Positions 39,077-47,870 of a DNA stretch of 64,000 bases are shown here, piece after piece; position 1 is the first letter of the stretch; each line of letters begins with the position of its first letter. Made by a program: the position numbers and the translations under genes. This stretch comes from Fusicatenibacter saccharivorans (GTDB lineage Bacteria > Bacillota > Negativicutes > Veillonellales > Dialisteraceae), in contig CAVBQN010000002.1 of assembly GCA_963597545.1 (NCBI GenBank), forward strand, positions 35,897 to 99,896, read 5' to 3'. The notes under the pieces are model-generated. The model ran no database searches. It worked only from the letters and a program-made list of their open reading frames with translations, and was not told the DNA's origin.

Positions 39077-40466
39077 CCTTTGTCAGAACTCCCCTCAAGA
39101 GCATTGGTACTTTTTCCATATGCATATAGTGCGAACCCTTCACCAGCACGGCATCACCGGCTTTGGCCAGAGACGCCAGCTTCTCGGCAGCCTCTTCACA
39201 GGTCTCATACGAGAAAACAGACGTCATGCCGCCCTCTTTGGCACTGGAAGCCAGATGGTGAGAGAGAGGTCCCACCGTGATGAGGCCGTCAAACCCCATG
39301 GCGGCGGCTTTCTTTCCCGTCTCACGGTGCAGCGCCTCTTCCATCTCGCCCAGCTCTCCCATATCGCCCAGCACCAGATAATGATGCGAAGCGGGGATCT
39401 GCTTCAGCGAGCCGAAGGCCATTTCCATGGAGAGCGGATTCGCATTGTACGAGTCATCCATGACGGAAATCCCTGCGATGGTAAGCAGTGTCTGCCGCTG
39501 ACCGATCGGATGGAAATCCGCAAATGCTTTTTGAATTTTCCGGCTGTCCACGCCAAGGACGCGGGCTGCCGCGATGGCGGCCAGCGCATCGTAGACATTG
39601 TGTACGCCGAGAAGATGGAGCTTCACGCGGAATGCTTCATCAAAAGACGTGCAGATGAACTGGGTATGCGAAGCCTCATAGCGCACATCTGTCCCGCGGA
39701 CGGTATAGCGCCCTTCGAGGCCATAGGAAATCACACGCCCCTCGAAGCCGTCCCCCATCGCTTTGACGAAGGGGTCGTCTCCATTCAGGATCGCTGTGCC
39801 ATCCTTCGGCAGTGCTTCGATCAGCTCGGCCTTCGCCTTCGCGATATTTTCCTGACTGCCCAGGATCCCGATATGCGATGTGCCGACATTGGTCACGATA
39901 CCGATGGTCGGGCTGGCGATCGCACAAAGCTCTGCGATCTGGCCGAAGCCGCGCATCCCCATTTCTACGACGCAGACTTCCGTCTCTTTTGTCATCGAGA
40001 GAAGCGTCATGGAAAGACCGATCTCATTATTGAAATTCTTCTGTGTCGCACAGACATGAAAACGAGACGACAGGAGCGCTGTCGTCATGTCTTTCGTCGT
40101 TGTTTTTCCATTAGATCCCGTGATGCCGATCACCGGCACATGGAAACGCATACGGTGAAAATGGGCAAGATCTTCCAGTGCCTTCTTCGTATCCTTTACA
40201 AGAAACGCCGATACATCGGAAGGCAGCTCCGCGGCAAAAGAAGCATCCGAAAGGATGACCCCCGAAGCCCCTCCTTCGCACGCCTTTTTCAGAAAGGCAT
40301 GCCCATCAAAATTTTCTCCTTTAAGAGCCAGAAACAGATTCCCCGTCTCGATCGTGCGGGTATCGGTACTGACCCCGTCCATAGACGGCTCCCTGCCGCG
40401 CTGGAGCAATGACGCCCCGCAGGCTCTTTCTATTTCTTCTATCGTAAATGAAGCCATGAATTTCAC
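39066..40466 (-). CDS. murF: UDP-N-acetylmuramoyl-tripeptide--D-alanyl-D-alanine ligase
   Basis: GITGSNGKTTTK motif and Mur ligase domains, 466 aa. Confidence 0.94.
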   Translation of the reverse strand: MKFMASFTIEEIERACGASLLQRGREPSMDGVSTDTRTIETGNLFLALKGENFDGHAFLKKACEGGASGVILSDASFAAELPSDVSAFLVKDTKKALEDLAHFHRMRFHVPVIGITGSNGKTTTKDMTTALLSSRFHVCATQKNFNNEIGLSMTLLSMTKETEVCVVEMGMRGFGQIAELCAIASPTIGIVTNVGTSHIGILGSQENIAKAKAELIEALPKDGTAILNGDDPFVKAMGDGFEGRVISYGLEGRYTVRGTDVRYEASHTQFICTSFDEAFRVKLHLLGVHNVYDALAAIAAARVLGVDSRKIQKAFADFHPIGQRQTLLTIAGISVMDDSYNANPLSMEMAFGSLKQIPASHHYLVLGDMGELGEMEEALHRETGKKAAAMGFDGLITVGPLSHHLASSAKEGGMTSVFSYETCEEAAEKLASLAKAGDAVLVKGSHYMHMEKVPMLLRGVLTKDGK

Positions 40467-40497
40467 TCCTTCAGTAGTTTACCCAAAAGCGAAGTGC

Positions 40498-42000
40498 CTA
40501 TGCCTGCTTCAGCGCTTTCCTCGCTTCTTCCCTATCGTCGAAATGAATGGTCTTATCTTTCAGGATCTGGTAGTCTTCATGGCCCTTGCCGGCGATGAGG
40601 ACGATATCGTCTCCCTTGGCGAGGGAAATCGCCTTCTGAATGGCGCTTCTTCTGTCGACCACCACTTCCACCTGCAGAGACGGCTTCTCCGCCTTCACTT
40701 CTTCGACACCGGCTGCCACTTCTTTCACAATGGTCTCCGGGTCTTCCGTGCGCGGATTATCACTGGTCACGATCGCCACATCCGCATAGCGGGCAGCGAT
40801 GCGTCCCATGATCGGGCGTTTCAGCTTGTCGCGGTCACCGCCGCAGCCGAAAACGACCAGGATGCGGCCCTTCGTGATCTCCTGCGCCGTCGTCAGGATC
40901 TTCTCAAGACCATCCGGGGTATGCGCGTAGTCGACCACGACAGTGAAGGACTGGCCCTCATCGATCAGCTCGAAACGACCCGGCACGCTGTGGAATGTCT
41001 TCATGGCAGCCACAATGGTTTCCATGGAAATCCCTTCGGAAAGCGCCGCGCCGATCGCGCCCAGTGTATTATAAATATTGAAACGGCCCGCCAGCTTCGT
41101 TTCCAGCTGGTAGGTCTTCCCTTCATAAGTCACCTTGAAAGCGGAAGACTTACCGGTGAACTGACTGTCAAAGGCATACAGATCCGCCGTCTTGTCACTC
41201 ATGCTGTAGGTGTGAAGATCCGCCACCTTCTGGTCGACAGCATCCATCATCACATGGGCATACGGGTCATCCACATTCACCCACGCCGACTTATTCCCCT
41301 TCGTCTGTCCTGCGGAAGATACCTTCTCGAAAAGGATGGCCTTGGCTTTCGCATAGTTGTCCATCGTCTTATGATAGTCCAGATGGTCTTCCGTGAGGTT
41401 CGTGAAGACAGCATTGTCAAACTCCACGCCCTCGACGCGCCCCATGACGAGCGAATGGGAAGACACTTCCATGCACACATGGGTGACCTCTTCTTCTACC
41501 ATCTGCCAGAGCAGACGTTCCAGATCAATGACATCCGGTGTAGTATTGTGCGTCGGCAGCTCCTTATCCCCGATCAGGGCGTGGATGGTGCCGATGACAC
41601 CCGTCTTGTAGCCCGCCTGCTCAAGGATATGGCTCACGACATGGGTCGTGGTGGTCTTGCCATTCGTCCCCGTAAGCGCGATCATACGCATCTTGCGTGC
41701 CGGATAGTCAAAGAAAAACGGCACCATATCTTCCATCGCTTTTCTGGTATCTGCCACATAGATGACAGCGACCCCTTCCGGTACCTCGACCTCTTTGGAA
41801 GCCACGATGACTTTCGCCCCCAGCTCCACGGCAGAGCCTACGAACCGATGTCCATCCACATGCGCCCCTTCGAGGCAGAAGAAAAGGCTGCCCTCTTTCA
41901 CCTGCCGCGAGTCCGCTGTCACATCCAAAATTTCAATATCTGTGTCGCCTTCTGTGCGAAGGACCGGCGTTGTTTTCAGTAATTCTGCTAATTTTTTCAA
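40498..42000 (-). CDS. murE: UDP-N-acetylmuramoyl-L-alanyl-D-glutamate--2,6-diaminopimelate ligase
   Basis: LTGTNGKTTT and the DNPR motif (meso-DAP type). TTG at 42000 (AGAGGTG upstream; MKKLAELL) preferred over the ORF-track GTG at 42039. Confidence 0.92.
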   Translation of the reverse strand: MKKLAELLKTTPVLRTEGDTDIEILDVTADSRQVKEGSLFFCLEGAHVDGHRFVGSAVELGAKVIVASKEVEVPEGVAVIYVADTRKAMEDMVPFFFDYPARKMRMIALTGTNGKTTTTHVVSHILEQAGYKTGVIGTIHALIGDKELPTHNTTPDVIDLERLLWQMVEEEVTHVCMEVSSHSLVMGRVEGVEFDNAVFTNLTEDHLDYHKTMDNYAKAKAILFEKVSSAGQTKGNKSAWVNVDDPYAHVMMDAVDQKVADLHTYSMSDKTADLYAFDSQFTGKSSAFKVTYEGKTYQLETKLAGRFNIYNTLGAIGAALSEGISMETIVAAMKTFHSVPGRFELIDEGQSFTVVVDYAHTPDGLEKILTTAQEITKGRILVVFGCGGDRDKLKRPIMGRIAARYADVAIVTSDNPRTEDPETIVKEVAAGVEEVKAEKPSLQVEVVVDRRSAIQKAISLAKGDDIVLIAGKGHEDYQILKDKTIHFDDREEARKALKQA

Positions 42001-42184
42001 AACAGTCACCTCTGGTTTTGTATGTAGGAAACAAGACACCCGTACTGCCGGATGTCATCCGCTTCCTGTACTATATGAGTATTCTATGAGTCGTGCTTTT
42101 GAAATCATCATGGCATGAGCTTTCACCTCCGTCAGAGACGACGCTCGAATGCCACTCATTATATTAGCTTAAAACTATGGCAAG

Positions 42185-42540
42185 CACAAGGGGCTGTGAA
42201 AGATGAAATTTCATTTTCACAGCCCCTTTCTTGTGTAGTTCACTACTATCGCCTTATTTTGGGGAACGCATTGATTCATTTTGAGTAAGGTTCAATGGGT
42301 ACAACGGGTTCAACGGAGATGGTGCGGCGCATTTCGTCATCCTGAGCGGAGAAAAACGTCGTATGTTAAAAAATGGCTTATCTGAAATAATGAGAACTGA
42401 GTCGAAGGATCTAAGCGCCGCAGAGTTTTTAAGGAACCGTTATTTCCCCCAAATGGCAATGCCATTAAGGAAACATCATTGCCCAAAATGGGAAACCCGT
42501 TGAACCTTTTGACCCCTCAGAACCTTCCGAACCCATTTCT
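42185..42540. repeat. composite element: T hairpin (copy 1) plus GGTTCAA-type arms flanking a K module that carries a split E module (murE-ftsL spacer)
   Basis: T hairpin at 42188-42228. GGTTCAATGGGTACAACGGGTTCAACGG (42289-42316) faces CCGTTGAACC...GAACC (42498-42533). The K stem GGTGCGGCGC...GCGCCGCAG (42320-42424) encloses GTCATCCTGAGCGG / TGAGTCGAAGGATCT. Confidence 0.8.
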
Positions 42541-42924
42541 CTATCTCCCTTTATTCGGGTGCGGTTTGGCGGGATCCGCGCTGCCGTAGACCGCACGGAC
42601 AGGCAGGCTCATCTTGAGCTTCTGCTCTGCGATCTGCTGAATGCGTACCGGTGCCTCCAGACGGGACACTTCGAGCTTATCCACGGCATTCTCCTTCGCC
42701 ATCGTCATGACCTCGCTGCGAATCCGCTGCATTCTATATTCCTCTTGAATATTGATACCATTCAGGAAGACCAGCAGCATCACAGGAAGAAGAATCATCA
42801 ACGTCCCTAGAATGATGTCATGGAAAAAATAGGAAGAATCAGACTTTTCGCGCTCGATCCGTCGAGGCGCGACGCTTTCCGGCATCGACGGCATGTAACC
42901 CATGACTTGCACATCCTGTACCAT
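42541..42924 (-). CDS. ftsL: cell division protein FtsL
   Basis: 127 aa. One TM (ILGTLMILLPVMLLVFL), a coiled region and an FtsL-like RIQQIAEQKLKM motif. Follows rsmH. AGGAG RBS. Confidence 0.75.
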   Translation of the reverse strand: MVQDVQVMGYMPSMPESVAPRRIEREKSDSSYFFHDIILGTLMILLPVMLLVFLNGINIQEEYRMQRIRSEVMTMAKENAVDKLEVSRLEAPVRIQQIAEQKLKMSLPVRAVYGSADPAKPHPNKGR

Positions 42925-42960
42925 ACGATATCTCCTATCTTTGATCCGACTCTATATCTC

Positions 42961-43225
42961 AGGGTGAGCCCCTGGGGCGTGTCGCCCTTTGATTTCATTG
43001 TGAAATAGGTTCAGCAGGTTCTATAGGTTCTGAGGGTTCAACGGGGAAGGTGCGGCGCATAAAAATCAGAAGCGCCGCGGAGGTTTAAGGAAACGCTGAT
43101 TAAATCGCAGAGTCAAATCGAACAACGATTTAATCAGTGTTTCCGTAAAACTAGCGATTTTCTCGTATCGCAAACCTAATCCCTAGCCACTAATTCCTAG
43201 TCACCAGCCACTAGTCACTAATCTC
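42961..43225. repeat. composite unit W, AGGTTC array, K, 19-bp hairpin, L, heptad array (ftsL-rsmH spacer)
   Basis: Module order matches 36203-36423. An extra hairpin GGAAACGCTGATTAAATCG...CGATTTAATCAGTGTTTCC lies at 43089-43144. The array ends at the rsmH stop codon. Confidence 0.9.
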
Positions 43226-44158
43226 CTACACCCTTTCCACGACGCGAAGAACAGCACTCCTCGCACGCGGATTCTCCTCGATTTCCTTCGCGCTCGGCTT
43301 TTGCGCCTTGCCGACGGACTTCACCAGACGATGGTGGTGGCACACACAAACAGGCAGCTCCGGCGGGCAGATGCAGTCCCTTTCCATTTCTTTGAAAGTT
43401 TTCTTGATGATGCGGTCTTCCAGCGACTGGAACGTGATGACGCCGACGCGTCCCCCCACTTTCAGGTGGGAAACGCAGGCTTCCATCGTGTCTTTCAAGA
43501 TTCCCAGCTCATTATTTACCTCGATGCGGATCGCCTGAAATGTGCGCTTCGCGGGGTGCGGGCCATTTCTTCTAGCATGCGCCGGAATGGCCGCCTTGAT
43601 GACCGAGACCAGATCATCCGTCGTCTCGATGGGCTTCTTCTCGCGGAATTCGCAGATAAACTGCGCGATCCGCTTCGCCCATCGCTCTTCTCCATACTCC
43701 CAGATGATGCGCGCAAGCTCTTCCTCTTCATAGGTATTCACGATCTCATACGCCGTGCGCGGATTTCTCTGATCCATTCGCATATCGAGCTTTCCATTAT
43801 TCATATAAGAGAAGCCACGGCTGCCATCATCGAGCTGATGAGAAGAAACCCCCAGATCGAAAATGAAGCCATCGACCTTCTCTATATTGAGCGATGCCAG
43901 AATGTCATGGATGTGAGAAAAATTATCCCGTACCAGAAGATGACGGCAGGCACAACCGGAAAGGCGCTGAGAAGCCGCCTCGATCGCTTCTTCATCCTGA
44001 TCGACGCCGATCAGAAGCGCATCCGGAGCGAGCTTCTCCGCCATAGCGAAAGAATGCCCGCCGCCCCCTAAGGTACAGTCGACATAAATGCCATGAGGAT
44101 CCGTCAGGATCCGGTCGATCATTTCGTGCAGAAGCACGGTGGTGTGTTGAAATTCCAT
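43226..44158 (-). CDS. rsmH: 16S rRNA (cytosine1402-N4)-methyltransferase
   Basis: HTTVLLHE, TLGGGGHS and DLGVSSHQLD motifs. ATG at 44158 chosen; the ORF-track extension runs into a repeat element. Confidence 0.95.
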   Translation of the reverse strand: MEFQHTTVLLHEMIDRILTDPHGIYVDCTLGGGGHSFAMAEKLAPDALLIGVDQDEEAIEAASQRLSGCACRHLLVRDNFSHIHDILASLNIEKVDGFIFDLGVSSHQLDDGSRGFSYMNNGKLDMRMDQRNPRTAYEIVNTYEEEELARIIWEYGEERWAKRIAQFICEFREKKPIETTDDLVSVIKAAIPAHARRNGPHPAKRTFQAIRIEVNNELGILKDTMEACVSHLKVGGRVGVITFQSLEDRIIKKTFKEMERDCICPPELPVCVCHHHRLVKSVGKAQKPSAKEIEENPRARSAVLRVVERV

Positions 44159-44175
44159 AAATAAGTCCTCGAAAA

Positions 44176-44560
44176 AAGGTTCAGGGTTCAGGGGTAGCCT
44201 GTGGGTCGTGCCGTTCCTTGATTGGGGATGAAAGCTTCGCATAAATTAGGAATTAGGAATGAGGAATTAGGAATGAAGGTGGCGGCTTCGCCGCAGAGTA
44301 TAAATAGGGCGATGCCCGAAGGCGGTATTCAAGTCACTAGTCACCAGTCACTAGTCACTCTAATCCCCAATCCCTAATACCTAGCTACTCATCCCTGCTT
44401 TCAAACTTCAGGGTTCAGGGTTAGCCCCTGGGGCGTGACGTCCCTTGATTGTGAATGAAAGCTTTGCTCGAATGAGAAATGAGAAACGAGAAATAGCGGT
44501 CTCTCGTTTCGCAAACCTAATCCCCAGCTACTAATCCCTAGCCACCAGTCACCAGTCACT
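44176..44560. repeat. two tandem composite units (rsmH-mraZ spacer)
   Basis: Unit 1 is 44176-44389 and unit 2 is 44390-44560. Each has GGTTCAGGGTTCAGGG, W, an AAT[TG]AG[GA] heptads block, a K/L core, then a GTCAC/CTAATCC array. The junction reads CATCCCTGCTTTCAAACTT. Confidence 0.9.
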
Positions 44561-44565
44561 ACAAA

Positions 44566-45000
44566 TCACAGATCAAAATTCAGCGGAAGGTCGAGGGCAT
44601 CCGCGAGTTCTGCGATATCCTCGCCCTCTTCGTCTTGACGCAGGAGCTCCGGATCCCAGATCTCGATGATGGGTCCCGTCCCCACGATGCAGGCTTCCTT
44701 CTTCAGCTGTGCAAATTCACGAAGGTGGGCCGGGATCAGGATGCGTCCCTGACGGTCACACTCCATCTCCGTCCCGCGGCCGATCAGATGACGCATGATC
44801 TTGCGGACATTGCGGTTCGTGAAAGGCAGCTTCTGCAGCCGGGCAATCAAGGCATCCCAGCGTTCTTTCGGATAAATATTGAGGCAGGTATCCAGACTTG
44901 GAGCCAGCACAAAACGACTTCCCAGCTCTTCTCTGAATTTCGCTGGAAGGATCATGCGCCCCTTGGCGTCTATGGTATGAGAATATTCATTCATAAACAT
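44566..45000 (-). CDS. mraZ: division/cell wall cluster transcriptional regulator MraZ
   Basis: MFMNEYSHTIDAKGRMILP plus a second DRQGRILIP SpoVT/AbrB-like half. GGAGG RBS. Five GTGGN operator boxes lie upstream. Confidence 0.93.
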   Translation of the reverse strand: MFMNEYSHTIDAKGRMILPAKFREELGSRFVLAPSLDTCLNIYPKERWDALIARLQKLPFTNRNVRKIMRHLIGRGTEMECDRQGRILIPAHLREFAQLKKEACIVGTGPIIEIWDPELLRQDEEGEDIAELADALDLPLNFDL

Positions 45001-45005
45001 ATCCT

Positions 45006-45049
45006 TCCACCTCCTCCACATTTACCCACATTCTACCACAATCCCCCAC
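45006..45049 (-). promoter_or_regulatory. MraZ operator: five direct GTGGN boxes at 9-10 bp spacing
   Basis: Minus strand reads GTGGGggattGTGGTagaatGTGGGtaaatGTGGAggagGTGGA. On the plus strand these are NCCAC at 45006, 45015, 45025, 45035 and 45045. This matches the published MraZ box pattern (GTGG[GT] repeats on a 10-bp phase) and overlaps the -10. Confidence 0.75.
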
Positions 45050-45059
45050 CCTGTGACAA
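45030..45059 (-). promoter_or_regulatory. candidate sigma-A promoter of mraZ/dcw operon
   Basis: -35 TTGTCA (45054-45059), 18-bp spacer, TG-extended -10 TAGAAT (45030-45035), about 25 nt before the mraZ ATG. Confidence 0.6.
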
Positions 45060-45314
45060 CGAAAATTTTTCAAGCCCATCATTTTCCCATCTGCTGCCCG
45101 TGTATTGATTTTATCGATGTTTTCAGCACCTTCTGCCTGAAATCAAACCACTCCCCGCTATGATTTCTTCCGTTTTTCGAAAAACAGGCAAAATAAAAAA
45201 TCCCCACTCGGGGAATTTTCCTTTCCTGCATGGAAGTTCAGCAGAAGAAACCAAAGGGATTTCCACACATCATGACCTCCTGTGCCCTCAAAGAAAGAAA
45301 GCACTCTCTCAGGT

Positions 45315-45975
45315 GATATGATCCCCCCTAAAGCAGTTTGGTTATTTACCTTGTCTGCTTTAGGGGGATCATATCATTTCGGTTCGTCTTTTTTGTTTGT
45401 TCTTCCCCTTTCCCGTATCCCAAGCCTTCCCCCATGGGGAAGGTGGCGAGCGCAGCGAGCCGGATAGGGTTCTAGCGGCATGAAAACCAGTGGAACGAAA
45501 TAGACAAAGCGTATGTCCTCAAGTACGCCGTTAACGAAAGTACCCTATCCGCCCCTGCGGGGCACCTTCCCCTCTAGGGGAAGGCTGCGATACGAGAATA
45601 CCATCTTCTAAAGAAGCGGTGAAGCCGCCACGAGAGCCCTGAACCCTGAACCAAATGAAAGCAAAGTAAAAAGGGGCTGTGAAGAAATGAGGATTCATTT
45701 CTTCACAGCTCCTTTTTTATTGTCGTATTTTGGATAAAACAGTCTTTCTTCCGTCATCCGCACTTATTTATGCGATGATAGAGTAACAATGCCTTGGCAC
45801 TGCGGTTTCCAGAGAAACTGTTTTTCCGCCGTGCAAGGAAGATCCCTCGGCTTCGCTCGGGATGACGATACGGGGCGGCGCTCGTCCAACATGAGTTTTC
45901 ATCCAGATTTGGAAGCCAACTTCCGCCCCTTCGGGGCACCTCCTTCCAGAGGAAGGAGGTAGAATGTCGCATTAC
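45315..45975. repeat. repeat-dense spacer between mraZ and uvrC (hairpin copy, inverted PG pair, 130-nt duplicated segment, E and PG modules)
   Basis: 21-bp-stem hairpin at 45315-45375. PG reversed (45421-45466) and PG forward (45541-45586). Segment 45589-45718 is duplicated at 54026-54157. E at 45831-45875 and PG at 45915-45965. Confidence 0.9.
45668..45718. terminator. bidirectional terminator-like hairpin (repeat module T, copy 2)
   Basis: AAAAAGGGGCTGTGAAGAAATGA...TCATTTCTTCACAGCTCCTTTTTT. Confidence 0.7.
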
Positions 45976-45984
45976 CCCGTATCA

Positions 45985-47847
45985 TCAGCCTTCCTTTTCC
46001 ACATCCATCCCCTGCAGGACGAGCTGTTTCTCGTCTTTTCTCATATGGAAGAACCGATAGACATTGTGCGCGGCACGCTTATTCATGCCCGCTACCTTGG
46101 CAAGCTCCTCTTCGCTCGCTTTTTTCATTTCATCGAGCGAGCGGAAGGCATGCCAGAGGGCGTTCCGGCGGTTTGGGCCGATGCCTTCGATGTGGTCAAG
46201 AACGGACTCCGTATTTCTTTTATTCGTCCATTTCCGGTGATAGGTGATGACGAAGCGGTGGGCTTCGTCGCGGATGAACTGGAGAAGCTGGAGAGCGGGC
46301 TCGTGGTGATCGAGGACGATCGGGATGTCGCTGCCTTCTACGTAGATCTCTTCGATACGCTTGGCGAGCCCGATAACGGGTGCATGGCAGCCGGCCTCGC
46401 GGATCACGGGAATGGCCGCATGCATCTGCCCAAGACCGCCATCAAGGACGATGAGGTCGGGCTCGGGCCAGTCCTTTTCCTTCCCATAGCGGCGGCTCAT
46501 GACTTCTGCCATGGACTTGAAGTCGTCCGCATGCCCCTGCGTGGTCTGCAGTTTGAATTTCCGGTATTCGCTCTTCGCCGGACGGCCATGCTCGAAGACG
46601 GCCATGGAGCCGGTGGTCTCTGCGCCTTGGTTGTGAGAAATATCGAAGCATTCCATGCGCTCGGGAAGGCGCGGCAGAGAGAGCAGCTCTTTCAGCTTCT
46701 GCACGGCGCCCTGCTCGCGGGCATCCTGATACTCCCACTGCAGCTTCTTGTCGGAGAGATACTTCGCTGCATTTGCCATCGCCATGTCTTTCAGGCGGCG
46801 CTTGAAGCCGCGCTCGGGGCGGATGAGCTTCACTTCGCTTCCGCGAAGCTTCGTCAGCCAGAGAGAGAGGAGACCGGACTCTTCCGGCAGGAGCGGCAGG
46901 ATAATTTCTTTCGGGACGGATGTCGGATTTCCTCCGTAGAAATCGCGAAGGAAGGTGGTGATGATCTCCTCATTCGTCTCGGATGCACTTTCGGGGATAC
47001 TGAAATTCTCCTTCCCCACCATGCGGCCATAGCGGATATAGAAAATCTCCAGTCCGGTGTGACTGCCGTCGCGTGCCATGCCGAGCACGTCGAAGTCCCC
47101 TTCCGTGGATACGATGTGCTGGCGCTGCTGCACACTTTCGATGGCGCGGATATGGTCGCGCAGCTTGGCGGCTTTTTCGAAATCCATCGCTTCCGACGCC
47201 TCCATCATCTGCCGCGTGAGCTCCTTTACCAGCACGGTGCTCTTCCCTTCGAGCAGGTCGCAGATGGTCTTCACGTCACGGTCATAGTCGATGTGATCGA
47301 CGTGGCCGCCGCAGGGCGCACTGCAGAGATGCATGTGGTACTGCAGACAGGGACGGGATACCTTCATGGAGCGGCAGGTGCGGATGGGATAGTAGTGGCG
47401 AAGGAGGGACAGCGTCTGACGAAGGCTCCCCACGTCGGTAAAGGGGCCGAAATACTTCGCCCCATCATCACGACGGATGTTCCTCGTGACGAAGATGCGC
47501 GGCCACTCATCATTCACCGTGATCTTCACATAGGGGTAGGACTTGTCATCACGCAGGGAGATATTGTACTTCGGGTGCAGTTCTTTGATGAGATTGCACT
47601 CCAGGATCAGCGCCTCCATCTCCGTCCCGGTCATCGTGATGTCGAGATCGTCCGCGTGACGGATCATCGCAGCGACTTTCGGGGAACGGTTCTTATCCTC
47701 TCGTACATAGGAGCGGACACGGTTCTTCAGGTTCTTCGCCTTGCCGACGTAGATGATCCGCCCGTCTTTGTCTTTCCAACGGTACACCCCGGGCGAGTCA
47801 GGAAGGGCTTCTACCTTGGCTTTGATTTTTTCATTGACATCGATCAT
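45985..47847 (-). CDS. uvrC: excinuclease ABC subunit C
   Basis: GIY-YIG motif GVYRWKDKDGRIIYVGKAKNLKNR, a UVR domain and C-terminal HhH, 620 aa. Confidence 0.96.
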   Translation of the reverse strand: MIDVNEKIKAKVEALPDSPGVYRWKDKDGRIIYVGKAKNLKNRVRSYVREDKNRSPKVAAMIRHADDLDITMTGTEMEALILECNLIKELHPKYNISLRDDKSYPYVKITVNDEWPRIFVTRNIRRDDGAKYFGPFTDVGSLRQTLSLLRHYYPIRTCRSMKVSRPCLQYHMHLCSAPCGGHVDHIDYDRDVKTICDLLEGKSTVLVKELTRQMMEASEAMDFEKAAKLRDHIRAIESVQQRQHIVSTEGDFDVLGMARDGSHTGLEIFYIRYGRMVGKENFSIPESASETNEEIITTFLRDFYGGNPTSVPKEIILPLLPEESGLLSLWLTKLRGSEVKLIRPERGFKRRLKDMAMANAAKYLSDKKLQWEYQDAREQGAVQKLKELLSLPRLPERMECFDISHNQGAETTGSMAVFEHGRPAKSEYRKFKLQTTQGHADDFKSMAEVMSRRYGKEKDWPEPDLIVLDGGLGQMHAAIPVIREAGCHAPVIGLAKRIEEIYVEGSDIPIVLDHHEPALQLLQFIRDEAHRFVITYHRKWTNKRNTESVLDHIEGIGPNRRNALWHAFRSLDEMKKASEEELAKVAGMNKRAAHNVYRFFHMRKDEKQLVLQGMDVEKEG

Positions 47848-47870
47848 AAAAGACTCCTGAGAAAAAGAAT

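Noticed and set aside
45754-45972. Short ORFs inside the repeat-filled spacers: 45754-45972, 53652-53975, 53713-53961, 51269-51472, 48063-48272, 11427-11663, 45282-45467 and 32483-32665.
   Set aside because: Their only conserved segments are translations of the E and PG repeat modules (WKEVPRRGG, FARNDE, SLRSK). They have no RBS or consistent start, and the frames differ between copies.
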